The notes: generated from the letters alone by a model not told the origin. Positions 33,818 to 44,497 are shown, counted from the stretch's first letter. The stretch: DNA of 64,000 bases from Thermodesulfobacteriota bacterium (GCA_965202785.1 OZ241855.1:1024001-1088000); one strand, 5' to 3'. Numbers and translations are program-made.

Positions 33818-35131
33818 CTAAAACACATATCCAAGCCCGAAATTGAACTGGTCCGTCGCTTCATCCGCCTCGTTATCAAGCTTCTGATACTCGGCTTTTA
33901 CGACTACGTTTGGAATCGGCTTGTAATTTACCCCGATAGTGTACTGGGTCCTTTCATTCGCTGGGTTTCTTTCATACCCGGCGGGAACCTCTTTCTGGGT
34001 ATCAAATTTTTCATACCGGAAAAAAGGCGCCAGATACTCCATGTACTTGCTTCCGGAGTTAAGCGCGGAGAAAATGTTATATGCTCCCAGAACATACCAG
34101 CCGGACTGTTCCTCCCCGACGGATTTGTTGCCTTCATACTCATTAAGTTGGTTTATAAGTGCGACGTCATCCAGCATGGTCCAGACTGACAGAGCTCTCA
34201 GATCCAACCCCGCATACTGAAACTGCGCGTCAACTTCGTACATTTGGAAGAGGCCGTCTATCGTCTGGCCGTTAACTTTTTCGTCCTGTCCCGTGTTGCC
34301 GTAGAATACGGACCCGCCGACTTTCAGCCCTGGAATAGGGTCGTACTCAAGCCTTCCGACAAAAGCTATGTCGTCGAATCTTGCCCTGTTTCCCTTGATC
34401 CGAAGACTTCTGTTGTCCGATGCCTTGAATCCCCGAGCATCGGCGCTCGACATTGCATAGGCCCTGTAAGAAAGCTCCCCGGCGCTGCCCAGATCAAACG
34501 TTCCGTGTGCCCCGGCTCCGGACTCTCTCCATGTACTCGGAATTATCCGCCTCTCCACCTCGGGTCTACCCACTCCGTAAAACGTCGTCGGCTCGTGAAT
34601 CTCGTTTACGATTCCGAAAGGAGTCAGGAGGAGTCCGGCTCTCAGATTGAATTCATCGCTTATAAGAAAATCAATCAGTGCAAACTCAACCGATGCCGAC
34701 CCCGCTTTTCCATCCTTATTGCTTCCCGTTGTACCGTGCTCGAATTCTATTTCCGAGTTGAAAACTATGTGGTCGTTGTACTTGTAGCCGTTATAGAGAA
34801 CCAGTCTCAGGGTATCCACTATGTCGTGCCCATCCTCTTTTACATTTCCTATAAGCAACTCACCATACCCTCCGAACGATACTCCTTGGTCAACCCTGTA
34901 GACTTTTGACGCTGCGGGGGCCACCCCGAATTCCGTCTCATAGACCGGAGGTTCCGTTACCGAAGCAGACTTTATGGATTCTATCTCATCCGCCAGAACC
35001 TTTATCTGCTCCTCAAGCCTTTTTATCTTTTCCTCCGAAGCTGTGCCCGCTAGGGAAATCTGCGTGCCTGCGAGTGAAAAAATCAGGAAAAAGACAAAAA
35101 GCATTTTCCACCTTTTTGTATAATTAACCAT
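33818..35131 (-). CDS. Outer-membrane beta-barrel porin (OprO/OprP-like) with N-terminal coiled coil
   Basis: Signal peptide, EEKIKRLEEQIK coil, alternating beta strands, terminal GLGYVF; AGGAGG RBS. Confidence 0.8.
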   Translation of the reverse strand: MVNYTKRWKMLFVFFLIFSLAGTQISLAGTASEEKIKRLEEQIKVLADEIESIKSASVTEPPVYETEFGVAPAASKVYRVDQGVSFGGYGELLIGNVKEDGHDIVDTLRLVLYNGYKYNDHIVFNSEIEFEHGTTGSNKDGKAGSASVEFALIDFLISDEFNLRAGLLLTPFGIVNEIHEPTTFYGVGRPEVERRIIPSTWRESGAGAHGTFDLGSAGELSYRAYAMSSADARGFKASDNRSLRIKGNRARFDDIAFVGRLEYDPIPGLKVGGSVFYGNTGQDEKVNGQTIDGLFQMYEVDAQFQYAGLDLRALSVWTMLDDVALINQLNEYEGNKSVGEEQSGWYVLGAYNIFSALNSGSKYMEYLAPFFRYEKFDTQKEVPAGYERNPANERTQYTIGVNYKPIPNVVVKAEYQKLDNEADEATDQFNFGLGYVF

Positions 35132-35185
35132 CTCTTGACATCCTCCTTTTGCGACCTGTTAGGGTTGCGCAATTAGTAGATATTC

Positions 35186-35241
35186 TGGATATTTAATATC
35201 CATGATGCATGATTAATAACATCCTGGAGTGATGATGTCAA
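35186..35241 (-). promoter_or_regulatory. Porin-operon promoter with downstream palindromic operator
   Basis: Minus strand TTGACA-17 nt-TATTAA; perfect 8-1-8 palindrome TGGATATT-T-AATATCCA at 35186-35202. Confidence 0.55.
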
Positions 35242-35335
35242 GAATTTTTTAAAAAATATCTGCAAACAAGAAAATCGGCGGAATTACCCGTCCGATTTTC
35301 TTTCCGGAACTGTGTATAAAGGCGAAAATGACGAC

Positions 35336-35375
35336 GATGAGAATTATTGACAATAAAGGTCTAGAATGGTAAAAA
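35336..35375 (+). promoter_or_regulatory. FTR1 promoter with Fur-box-like site over the -35
   Basis: TGAGAAT-T-ATTGACA versus the Fur 7-1-7 consensus TGATAAT-N-ATTATCA; TTGACA (35347)-17 nt-TAAAAA. Confidence 0.5.
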
Positions 35376-35396
35376 GTACCTTCCCTGATCCCCAAG

Positions 35397-37352
35397 ATGG
35401 GGAGATATCTGCGGACTATGCTTAAAAAAAGTTTCTTCTGTTTATCAGTTCTCATATTTTTTCTTTTTCCTGCGCTTTCTTCTGCCGCAGAGATAGATAG
35501 GGTTCTCTCTCTTGTTGACTACATCGGAGGAGATTACGCAAACGCCGTAGAAGAAGGGAAAATCATAAACGAATTTGAGTATCAGGAAATGCTGGACTTT
35601 TCTTCTGCCGTGATCGATTTGTGGGAGAAGATTCCTGAGAAAAAGATAGAAACCACAGATTTTTCCGAAAAATTTGCTCGCCTGCACTCAATTGTAGTAT
35701 CCAAGGGGCCCACCTCCGAGGTGGAAAGTCTTGCAAATGAATTGAAGGAGCGGATTATTTCTGCCTATGATATCAAGCCTTACCCGGCGAATATACCGGA
35801 TTACCAAAGCGGGAAAGAACTTTACGTAAGGAACTGCTCCTCCTGTCACGGGCTCTCGGGAAGGCCGGACGATGCCTTCTCCAAGAGTCTCAACCCTCCT
35901 CCCACGGATTTCACAGACCCTGACATAAATCTCGGGCTTTCACCTTTTAAAGTTTACAATACCACCACTTTCGGGATTGAAGGTACCGCCATGACCTCGT
36001 TCGAAAAGGTGCTTGACGAAAAACAGAAGTGGGATGTGGCGTTTTACGTTCTCTCTCTCGGGTATCCAGGCATTCCCTCAGGCGGAGGTACTTCTGGACT
36101 TTCCACGGAGAATATTCCCCATGATGTAAGAAAACTTGAAAATCTTGCCCTAGCCAGCAATGCGGAGATTCTTCTTAACGCCGGGGCGGGAGGCAGTAAC
36201 GAAGATGTTCTCTTCTATCTTAGAACTGCTTACCTTCGAGACGGAATTGCCGGAGGCGCCTCCGAAGCTATAGACCATACCATCAGGAAGCTTGCGGAAG
36301 CGATCGATCTTTACGAGGCCGGCAGAAAAGATGAAGCATTCAGGGAGGCTCTCGACGGTTACTTGGGAGGATTTCAGAAAATTGAACCCGCTTTGGTTTC
36401 GAAAAAAAGATCGCTTGTTCTTGAGGTTGAGAAGAAAATGGGATTTTTTAGGTCATTAGTGATGTCCGACCGGGACTCCTCCGAGCTTCATGATCTGAAA
36501 GCTAGCATAGAGGAGGATCTTCGCGAGTCGGAACGCATCCTGCAAGGTGGCTCATCGCTCGGCAAATATCTGAGTTTTGTCAATTCTTTTGCCATAATAC
36601 TCAGAGAAGCGCTTGAAGCTCTGCTGATAATCGCGGCCATTATCGCCGCTTTAGCGCATTCAGGTAACCGCGGGATGATCAGGTACGTTCACTACGGGTG
36701 GGTGCTTGCCATCTTTGCGGGACTGGCGACGTGGGTTGCGGCAAGAACCATAATAGATATCTCGGGGGCCAGGAGGGAGATTGTGGAAGGAGTGACCTCT
36801 CTTCTGGCAGCAGTGATCCTTTTTTACGTAAGTTACTGGCTTATCTCAAAGGCGGACGTAAAAAAATGGAAGGAATACGTCCGCTCGAAGACCCAAGGCG
36901 CGCTTACCCGAAGAAGCGGACTTACTCTTGCTTTCGTTTCGTTTCTTGCCGTCTACAGGGAAGCTTTCGAGACAATGCTTTTTTACCAGGCACTTTTCTA
37001 CCAGACCGCTTCATCCACGCCACACGTGATCTATGGACTTGTTGCGGGGGTGGCGGTCGTGTTCGTAATAGCTTTTCTTATGTATAGGTTTACCCTCAGG
37101 ATCCCTCTTAAATACTTCTTTTCCTTCACGAGCGTTTTCCTCTACCTGCTCTGTTTCATACTTCTCGGCAAGGGAATACTTGAACTCCAGGAGGCAGGAA
37201 TTATTTCCTCAACTACGGCGGATTTCATTCCTTACATGGATACTCTCGGGATATATCCTTCTTATGAGACCGCGATCCCCCAAGCTGTTCTTCTTCTGCT
37301 TGCCTTTTCGTTGTTCGCACGAAATTACGTATACCGGGAAAAACATCTGTAA
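35397..37352 (+). CDS. Cytochrome c-fused FTR1/EfeU iron permease (PbrT-like)
   Basis: DYIGGDY, CSSCH haem motif, REALE and REAFE (RExxE) motifs; alternative start 35418. Confidence 0.92.
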   Translation: MGRYLRTMLKKSFFCLSVLIFFLFPALSSAAEIDRVLSLVDYIGGDYANAVEEGKIINEFEYQEMLDFSSAVIDLWEKIPEKKIETTDFSEKFARLHSIVVSKGPTSEVESLANELKERIISAYDIKPYPANIPDYQSGKELYVRNCSSCHGLSGRPDDAFSKSLNPPPTDFTDPDINLGLSPFKVYNTTTFGIEGTAMTSFEKVLDEKQKWDVAFYVLSLGYPGIPSGGGTSGLSTENIPHDVRKLENLALASNAEILLNAGAGGSNEDVLFYLRTAYLRDGIAGGASEAIDHTIRKLAEAIDLYEAGRKDEAFREALDGYLGGFQKIEPALVSKKRSLVLEVEKKMGFFRSLVMSDRDSSELHDLKASIEEDLRESERILQGGSSLGKYLSFVNSFAIILREALEALLIIAAIIAALAHSGNRGMIRYVHYGWVLAIFAGLATWVAARTIIDISGARREIVEGVTSLLAAVILFYVSYWLISKADVKKWKEYVRSKTQGALTRRSGLTLAFVSFLAVYREAFETMLFYQALFYQTASSTPHVIYGLVAGVAVVFVIAFLMYRFTLRIPLKYFFSFTSVFLYLLCFILLGKGILELQEAGIISSTTADFIPYMDTLGIYPSYETAIPQAVLLLLAFSLFARNYVYREKHL

Positions 37353-37508
37353 CCTGCTAGCGACACTCAAAACGTGACTTGCAAAAAGTGTGGTGTTGGG
37401 TTTTTAGCTTCGGGTTTAAAAATCCACTTTGGTTTACGGGGGATACTGGAATTTTGCGAATAATGATATATTGTTACCTGAATTCTTTGCCGAGGGGTTT
37501 TAGACTAA

Positions 37509-38816
37509 ATGAAGATAGATATTGAGGATATTGACAGCACCAGAAAAAAGATAAGGGTTTCCCTTTCCTCCGAACAGGTTGCGGAAAAGAGAAATTCCGT
37601 GTTCCGCGATGTTATGGGAGGAGTGAGCGTCAAGGGGTTTAGAAAGGGAAAAGTCCCCCGCCACGTGGTCGAGTCCATGTATGGAAAGGAGGTCGATCAG
37701 GAAACCGCATCTAGCCTTGTCTCGGAAACTTTGTCCGAAGCCCTTGCGCAGCGCTCGCTTTTGCCGGTGACGCGCCCCGACATTACGGAGATGGGTGAGG
37801 TGAAAACCGGAGAGGAGTTTGCTTATTCGGCTGAATTCGAGGTGATTCCCGATTTTGAACTTTCCGACTACACCTCAATTCCGGTGAAGAAAACCGTCCG
37901 CCAGGTGACCGAGGATGATATAGACGCCGAGGTGCAGAAACTCAGGGAAAGGTCCGCGCAGTCAAGGCTTGTCGAGGAAGAGCGCCCTGCAAAGGAAGGC
38001 GATTATGTTTTTGTAGATTACAGCGGCGCGTTTGAGGACGGGGAGACCATAGACGATCTTAACAGGCAGAACGTAAGATTCTTGCTGGGCGAAGAGCAGT
38101 TTGCTCCTGAGTTCGAAGAGAACCTGCTTGGGAAGAAAGCGGACGAGGAAGCTCAATTCTCGGTTTCCTACCCGGAAGATTTCCTAATATCCGAAGCCGC
38201 AGGGAAAACCGTCAGTTTCACCGTCAAGGTAAATGAGATTCACGACAGGATTCTGCCCGAGGCGGACGATGATTTCGCGAAGGATTTCGAAGTCGAAGGC
38301 ATCTCTGAGTTGCGAGAAGCCATAAACGAGCAGCTTGAGCGTCTTCATGAAGACGAACAGCTCTCATCAATGAGGGATCAGATAGTCGACGACCTTCTCT
38401 CGAAAAACCAGTTCGATGTTCCTCGGTCGCTGCTTGAAAAGGAGGAGGAGAGCCTTAAAGCGAGATTTCTCTCCGACATGCAGAGAAGCGGAGTCGCGGA
38501 GCCCGAGGTCGGGGAGGACGTAGCGCCGAAATTCACTGAGAAGGCCGCCGAGAGCGTCAGGACGTCCATAATTCTCGGTCGCATCGCTCAGAAGGAGGAT
38601 GTGAGAGTTACCCGCAAGCAGTTAAACGAACACATAGACCGCCTTGCCGCTTCATACAATCTTCCCCCCGATCAGGTACACAAGGCTTATGAACAGCCGG
38701 GGACTATGGAGCATCTGGAATCCCAGATCAAAACCCGAGGAGTCTTGGATCTTCTTCTGGAGCGGGCCCAGATTGAGGAAGTGGAGCCCGAATCCGCGCA
38801 GATTGACAAGGAATAA
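37509..38816 (+). CDS. tig: Trigger factor
   Basis: GFRKGKVP; FKBP domain; lies upstream of clpP-clpX. Confidence 0.95.
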   Translation: MKIDIEDIDSTRKKIRVSLSSEQVAEKRNSVFRDVMGGVSVKGFRKGKVPRHVVESMYGKEVDQETASSLVSETLSEALAQRSLLPVTRPDITEMGEVKTGEEFAYSAEFEVIPDFELSDYTSIPVKKTVRQVTEDDIDAEVQKLRERSAQSRLVEEERPAKEGDYVFVDYSGAFEDGETIDDLNRQNVRFLLGEEQFAPEFEENLLGKKADEEAQFSVSYPEDFLISEAAGKTVSFTVKVNEIHDRILPEADDDFAKDFEVEGISELREAINEQLERLHEDEQLSSMRDQIVDDLLSKNQFDVPRSLLEKEEESLKARFLSDMQRSGVAEPEVGEDVAPKFTEKAAESVRTSIILGRIAQKEDVRVTRKQLNEHIDRLAASYNLPPDQVHKAYEQPGTMEHLESQIKTRGVLDLLLERAQIEEVEPESAQIDKE

Positions 38817-38839
38817 CCCGCTTAGTTATAATCGGGTTG

Positions 38840-39442
38840 ATGATAACCGATTTCATACCTTACGTTATTGAGCGCACGAGCAGGGGTGATCAGGGCTACG
38901 ATATTTTCTCGAGGCTCCTTAAGGACAGGATTGTCTTTATAGGTTCCGATATAAATGACGCGGTAGCCAACGTCGTAATCGCCCAGCTCCTTTTTCTTGA
39001 ATCCGAGAACCCCGAGACGCCTATTTACCTCTACATAAATTCCCCCGGAGGACACGTCACCTCCGGTCTTGCAATCTACGACACAATACAGTACGTGAAG
39101 CCTGAAGTCTCTACCATATGCATCGGGCAGGCGGTCAGCATGGCCGCAGTTCTTCTGGCAAGCGGCGCGCCGGGCAAAAGGTATGCGCTGCCTCACTCGA
39201 GGGTGATGATTCACCAGGTGCTCGGAGGTGTTTCCGGGCAGGCAAGCGACATAGAAATACACGCAAAGGAGATTGTCAGGGTGAAAAAGCAGCTCAACTC
39301 CATACTTGAGAAGCACACCGGGCAGACTCTTGAGAAGATAGTGAGCGATACGGACAGAGACTTTTTCATGACCGCTCAGGATTCTATCAATTACGGTATA
39401 GTGGATGCCATAATTACCGAAAGGGAGGAGGCGACCGGATGA
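38840..39442 (+). CDS. clpP: ATP-dependent Clp protease proteolytic subunit
   Basis: [33 protein letters not shown]. Confidence 0.97.
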   Translation: MITDFIPYVIERTSRGDQGYDIFSRLLKDRIVFIGSDINDAVANVVIAQLLFLESENPETPIYLYINSPGGHVTSGLAIYDTIQYVKPEVSTICIGQAVSMAAVLLASGAPGKRYALPHSRVMIHQVLGGVSGQASDIEIHAKEIVRVKKQLNSILEKHTGQTLEKIVSDTDRDFFMTAQDSINYGIVDAIITEREEATG

Positions 39443-40731
39443 GTCCTAAAAAAAGCAGAGAAGAAACGAAGCACTACTGCTCTTTCTGCGGGAAGAATCA
39501 GGAAGAGATTAACAAGCTCATAGCGGGCCACGGCGTCTATATCTGTGATGAGTGCATAGATCTCTGCAACCAGATCATAGCGGAAGAAAGGACCAAGGAC
39601 AGCGCTTTTCCGAAACCGAAGAAATCCTTTCCGACTCCACAGCAGATGAAGTCCTTTCTTGACGGATACATAATAGGTCAGGAAAACGCCAAGAAGGTAC
39701 TTTCCGTCGCTGTCTACAATCACTACAAGCGGATGCAGTTTAACGAATCCGGCAGGAGAAGAAGCGACAAAGTGGAAGTGGAGAAAAGCAACATACTTCT
39801 CATAGGCCCCACGGGTTCTGGAAAAACCTTGCTTGCCCAGACGCTGGCCAAGATTCTCGACGTTCCTTTCACCATAGTGGACGCTACCTGCTATACGGAA
39901 GCTGGCTATGTGGGCGAGGACGTTGAAAACATGATAGTGAGCCTGCTTCAGGCGGCAAACTACGATGTCGAAAAAGCTTCCCGTGGAGGCATTATCTATA
40001 TAGACGAGATAGACAAGCTTACGCGCAAATCGAGCGACAGTCCCTCGATCACGAGGGATGTGTCGGGAGAGGGTGTGCAGCAGGCGTTGCTCAAGATAAT
40101 GGAAGGGACTCTGGCAAATGTTCCTCCCAAGGGGGGAAGGAAGCATCCACAGCAGGAATTTACTCAAGTGGACACCACGAACATCCTTTTCATATGCGGT
40201 GGTGCTTTCTGCGGTCTTGAGGATATTATCCGTGCGAGAATCGGAGAAAAGTCCATCGGCTTCGGGGCTAAATTGTCAAACAGGGCTGCTGAGGACGAAA
40301 GCAATTTTCTCAACAAGGTCCAGCCTGAGGACCTCGTCCAGTTCGGACTGATTCCCGAATTCGTCGGTAGGGTTCCAATTATCGCCAGTCTGAGTGAACT
40401 TACCGAAGAGCAGTTGGTAGAAATTCTGACTGAACCCAAAAACGCCATCGTGAAGCAGTTTGAGAAGATGATGGAAATTGAGAAGGTGCAGTTGGAGATA
40501 ACAGAAGATGCGAGAAAAGCCATTGCCAGAGAAGCCGTCTTGAGAAATACTGGGGCCAGGGGGCTTCGTGCCATCATAGAATCGATTATGCTTGAAGTTT
40601 TCTATGAAGTGCCTTCGCTGCAGGGGGTAACGCGCTGCGTCATTGACGAGAGCGTTATAGCCGGGCGGAACGATCCCAAGTTTTATTTTGAGAAATCGGA
40701 TGAAGAAGACCAGAAGCTGCTGGGAACCTAG
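39439..40731 (+). CDS. clpX: ATP-dependent Clp protease ATP-binding subunit
   Basis: CSFCGK zinc finger, [17 protein letters not shown] loop, GARGLR. Confidence 0.97.
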   Translation: MSPKKSREETKHYCSFCGKNQEEINKLIAGHGVYICDECIDLCNQIIAEERTKDSAFPKPKKSFPTPQQMKSFLDGYIIGQENAKKVLSVAVYNHYKRMQFNESGRRRSDKVEVEKSNILLIGPTGSGKTLLAQTLAKILDVPFTIVDATCYTEAGYVGEDVENMIVSLLQAANYDVEKASRGGIIYIDEIDKLTRKSSDSPSITRDVSGEGVQQALLKIMEGTLANVPPKGGRKHPQQEFTQVDTTNILFICGGAFCGLEDIIRARIGEKSIGFGAKLSNRAAEDESNFLNKVQPEDLVQFGLIPEFVGRVPIIASLSELTEEQLVEILTEPKNAIVKQFEKMMEIEKVQLEITEDARKAIAREAVLRNTGARGLRAIIESIMLEVFYEVPSLQGVTRCVIDESVIAGRNDPKFYFEKSDEEDQKLLGT

Positions 40732-40808
40732 AAGATTTCTTGCGAGCGGAGGTTCCTCTGCGCCTGCATATCAGGGGATGCCCTCGGAAACCGCGAATCC
40801 CAAAGCCG

Positions 40809-41057
40809 ATGATTGACAAGGAACTGCTTGAAATTCTCGTGTGTCCTGAGACCGGACAACCTCTTGAAGAGGCCGGTCGGGAGCTCCTTGCGCGGCTTAA
40901 CGAACTTGTTGAGATCGGAACTCTCGTTGACAGGTCGGGAGAGCGGGTTTCCGAAAAGATCGAAGGGGGTCTTATCTGCCGCGGGGGGAAGTATCTCTAC
41001 CCCGTAAGGGAAAACATACCGATTCTTCTGATCGAAAGTTCCATCCCCGCAGCTTGA
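40809..41057 (+). CDS. Trm112-family small protein
   Basis: MIDKELLEILVCPET...YPVRENIPILL. Confidence 0.8.
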   Translation: MIDKELLEILVCPETGQPLEEAGRELLARLNELVEIGTLVDRSGERVSEKIEGGLICRGGKYLYPVRENIPILLIESSIPAA

Positions 41058-41206
41058 TTTTGCCTGCGCGGAGAAGCATGCCCGTACGTTTGCTACGACC
41101 GGGCGTTTCATGCCACACTGTAAGTTCCATTATCCAATAATCTCTAATGACTTCGATTTTTCGCATGATATTATGTTATAATTTCTGACAAAAGGGGGGC
41201 ATCGAA

Positions 41207-43561
41207 ATGATTAAAAGAAAATTCCAGTCCACAGTGAAGGAGTTTTTGTGCCTGCTTCTTGCAGGTGTGTTCCTGGCATCGCTCGGCGGCGGTGACGCAT
41301 CTGCACAGGACGATGACGCGGCTGTACAGGATGTGTTCGGGGTAAGCGGCGTATTTCTCAAAAAAATCACGGTCACCGCCCGAAAACGAGAAGAGCTGAT
41401 TCAGAACGTTCCTCTATCGATCACCCATTTCAGTTCGGAAAAGATTGAAGCTTTAAAGGTAGACGACCTTGAAAGTCTCGCAGTGCAGATGCCCAATGTG
41501 GCACTTGACGATGCCGTCTCGGGAATGGCGCTTGCCAACTTCTCCATCCGCGGTGTTGGAATAAACAACTCCATAGCGTCTATTGATCCGACCGTGGGAG
41601 TGTTTGTCGACGGCGTGTATCAAGGGCAGATAAGCACCGTTTTGTTTGATACCTTCGATATTGAAAGCATAGAGGTGCTGAGGGGACCGCAGGGAACCCT
41701 TTTCGGGCGGAATGTCACAGGGGGTGCCATACTGATTAAAACAAAAAAACCGGGAGACACCCTTGAGATGTCCGTTCGCACCTCGTTTGAAGGAGGGGGA
41801 GAGAGCCTTAACAGCTATTACATGGCCACAGTCGGAGGCCCGATTAGCGAGACCGTCGGCGCGAAGATAAGCGTGTACACAAATCAGGATAACGGCTGGT
41901 TTAAGAATCTCCACACGGGCAAGGCTTTCGGAGAGAACGACACACGAATGGTACGATCGGTGATTACGTGGGATCCGACGGATGATGTAAGCCTTGTTCT
42001 GCGCTACCGGCACGAAACTTCGGAAAGCGATGGTACCGCGGCACAGAACTGGCGCGACTTTGATCTCAATAGTCACGATTTCAGCATCGACGGGGAAGGC
42101 TTCAGGGAACATAGAAATCACTTTGTCTCCGCTCAGGCGGACTGGGATGTGGATTTCGGAAATGGCACAATAACCAACATATTCGGTTTTTACGACGCGG
42201 ACGGGACCGCTTTAATAGATGTCGATTCTTCACCGCAAAGCATTTTGCATATCCGTGGATGGACCCCCTACCGCCAGTGGAGCAACGAACTGCGCTACGT
42301 GGGCAGATTCTTAGAGAAACTCCACGTGACGACCGGTTTTTATTACTTTACGAGCGAGGTAAATTATCATGACCGCCGTTACCTGCTTGGAAGTCATATT
42401 GACAGACTTATTGCGGAGGGAAGACTGCCCGCCGGATCGTACTATATCCAAGACGTGGGAGGGAATTATTACGTCGATACGCTGGGGGCGTTTCTCTCTT
42501 TTGATTACGATCTTACGGATCGGATAATGCTCATCGCGGGCACCCGCTACAGCTATGACAAGAGGAAAGCTGAGACAGCCTCCGGCTTTAACAATACAAG
42601 TGGCGCCGTGATCCCAACAATAGAAATGCCATGCAACGTTGCGGTTGGACCCGCATGCCAGTTTGATTTCACCGACGAGGAGACCTGGCACAGCTGGTCG
42701 CCCAAGCTCGGCGCCGTCTACTATATGGGCGGCGGAGCGGACTTTGAAGTGAACATTTACGGGCACTGGACCAGAGGATTCCGCTCTGGAGGCTATAATC
42801 TGCGAAACACCTATCCCCCAACAACTGTGATACCCGGGATACCTGTGGAGCTCCCGGGACCGTATGACGAAGAAAAGATCGATACCTTCGAGGCGGGATT
42901 CAAGATGTCAACAAACATAGGAATCCTGAACGGCGCGGTTTTCTATAACCTGATCGATAATGTGCAGAGGGTGATAACCCTTCCTTCCGACTTTGGCGGC
43001 ATAGCACAGGAGATTCGCAACACTGCGGACGTAGAAGCCTTCGGCTTTGAACTTGACGGACTGGTCGCCGTTACCGATAAGCTTTTTCTTTTGGGTTCCG
43101 TTGGATATGTAGATCCCGAGTACACCAAAGTAAAATATGACCTTAATATAGACGGCACTCTTGACCAAGAAGACCTAGATTTAAAGCTTCCCCGGGCCGC
43201 GAATTTGACTTGGAGCCTCGGTGCGACCCATGACACCGGACTTGCCAACTGGGCGAAGATAACTTCAAGGGTAAGCTACTCGTATCGAGGCAAATCATAC
43301 CTTACGGATGACAACAAGGGATATACTCCCGAACAGAAAATTGTTGACGCCGGAATTGACATCGCCCCAATGGACGGAGGGTTTTCAGTTGGATTTTACG
43401 GAAAGAACCTTCTTAACAAAGTCAAACACGGAAGCTATGTTGAGCTTCCCGAAACCATAGAAACTATAGTGTTGCCAAGCGCGCCTGTGGGAGGTGCATT
43501 CGTGCCGATCTCCAGGGGCAGAACCTTCGGTGTGCAGCTAACCTACCGATACAGGTCATAG
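41207..43561 (+). CDS. TonB-dependent receptor
   Basis: Signal peptide; ITVTARKREE, IRG, VFVDG, IEVLRGPQGTLFGRN, GFRSGG, GR.FGVQLTY. Confidence 0.93.
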   Translation: MIKRKFQSTVKEFLCLLLAGVFLASLGGGDASAQDDDAAVQDVFGVSGVFLKKITVTARKREELIQNVPLSITHFSSEKIEALKVDDLESLAVQMPNVALDDAVSGMALANFSIRGVGINNSIASIDPTVGVFVDGVYQGQISTVLFDTFDIESIEVLRGPQGTLFGRNVTGGAILIKTKKPGDTLEMSVRTSFEGGGESLNSYYMATVGGPISETVGAKISVYTNQDNGWFKNLHTGKAFGENDTRMVRSVITWDPTDDVSLVLRYRHETSESDGTAAQNWRDFDLNSHDFSIDGEGFREHRNHFVSAQADWDVDFGNGTITNIFGFYDADGTALIDVDSSPQSILHIRGWTPYRQWSNELRYVGRFLEKLHVTTGFYYFTSEVNYHDRRYLLGSHIDRLIAEGRLPAGSYYIQDVGGNYYVDTLGAFLSFDYDLTDRIMLIAGTRYSYDKRKAETASGFNNTSGAVIPTIEMPCNVAVGPACQFDFTDEETWHSWSPKLGAVYYMGGGADFEVNIYGHWTRGFRSGGYNLRNTYPPTTVIPGIPVELPGPYDEEKIDTFEAGFKMSTNIGILNGAVFYNLIDNVQRVITLPSDFGGIAQEIRNTADVEAFGFELDGLVAVTDKLFLLGSVGYVDPEYTKVKYDLNIDGTLDQEDLDLKLPRAANLTWSLGATHDTGLANWAKITSRVSYSYRGKSYLTDDNKGYTPEQKIVDAGIDIAPMDGGFSVGFYGKNLLNKVKHGSYVELPETIETIVLPSAPVGGAFVPISRGRTFGVQLTYRYRS

Positions 43562-43682
43562 AAAAAAAGGCATACACATGTACAGTGGCTGCGTTTTCTA
43601 AGGCAGGCAGAGAGAGACTCGCAGGACCTGGATCAATTACGGGGCAAGAACCGCGGCTGTTTCGGGGTGGATTCCCGTGCAG

Positions 43683-44474
43683 CTAGTCTTTTCCGAGAAA
43701 ACCGAGTACGGCTTTATCCACCTCGGCTTGGCACTCTCTCCAGAATCCGTGGCCGACGTCCGCAAATGCCTTTTCAACCGCGTTCGGTATAAGTTCCACG
43801 AGCTTTTTCGATCTACTTGGAGGCGTGACGATGTCCCGCTCTCCGTACATGACCAAGGTTTTCGCGGAGATCTTACCGAGTTGGGCTAATACGTCGTGGT
43901 TCTCGCACGCGTAGCTTTGGTTTCTGTATCCGGCGGCCGCATCGGGGTCAACGGGAACTTCCTTGATTCTGCTTATTAAGGAGTCGTAGTTCTCTTCGAT
44001 GTATTTCCTTCGGTATCCGAGAAAAAGCGCAAAAACCCATCCTGCCCCGGGTCCCGCTTTATCCACTATGTCCCTTGCGGTTCTGATAAGCAGGTTTCCG
44101 ACCTCGTCCCTGTGCCCCGAGGAGCATCCCATAACGAGCCTGTTCACCTTCTCGGGGTATTTTATACCCAGCCACTGGCATATCATTCCACCCATTGATT
44201 TTCCAACGAAGTGGGCTTTGTCTATCCCGAGAAAGTCCAAGAGTCCCGCGGCGTCATCCGCCATCTGCTCCATTGTATAGGGATAATCGGGTTTCTCGGA
44301 ACGGCCCGAGCCCCTGTTGTCGAGCACTATCACGCGGAAATGTTCCGAGTAGATTGGAACCTGTACATCCCAGCTATCAAGACTGCTTCCAAGACCGTGA
44401 ATGAGCACGAGAGGATCTCCCTTTCCGTACTCTTTGTAATAAAGATTTATTCCATTTGTCTTTGCGTATGGCAT
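43683..44474 (-). CDS. Alpha/beta hydrolase (enol-lactonase-like)
   Basis: IHGLG, DNRGSGRS, GKSMGG nucleophile, GERD, GH. Confidence 0.88.
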   Translation of the reverse strand: MPYAKTNGINLYYKEYGKGDPLVLIHGLGSSLDSWDVQVPIYSEHFRVIVLDNRGSGRSEKPDYPYTMEQMADDAAGLLDFLGIDKAHFVGKSMGGMICQWLGIKYPEKVNRLVMGCSSGHRDEVGNLLIRTARDIVDKAGPGAGWVFALFLGYRRKYIEENYDSLISRIKEVPVDPDAAAGYRNQSYACENHDVLAQLGKISAKTLVMYGERDIVTPPSRSKKLVELIPNAVEKAFADVGHGFWRECQAEVDKAVLGFLGKD

Positions 44475-44497
44475 ACCAGGTCTGACCCGAGGTTTAA

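Noticed and set aside
31387-37352. Iron locus as a tRNA-integrated island
   Set aside because: No integrase, no duplicated tRNA 3' end seen, and composition resembles the flanks.
41060-41206. Possible cobalamin riboswitch upstream of the TonB receptor
   Set aside because: Conserved GGGAA, GCCACTG and AGYCAG elements are not present in order.
43575-43640. WLRFLRQAERD fragment resembling a HEPN N-terminus
   Set aside because: Too short, with no supported start or remaining domain.
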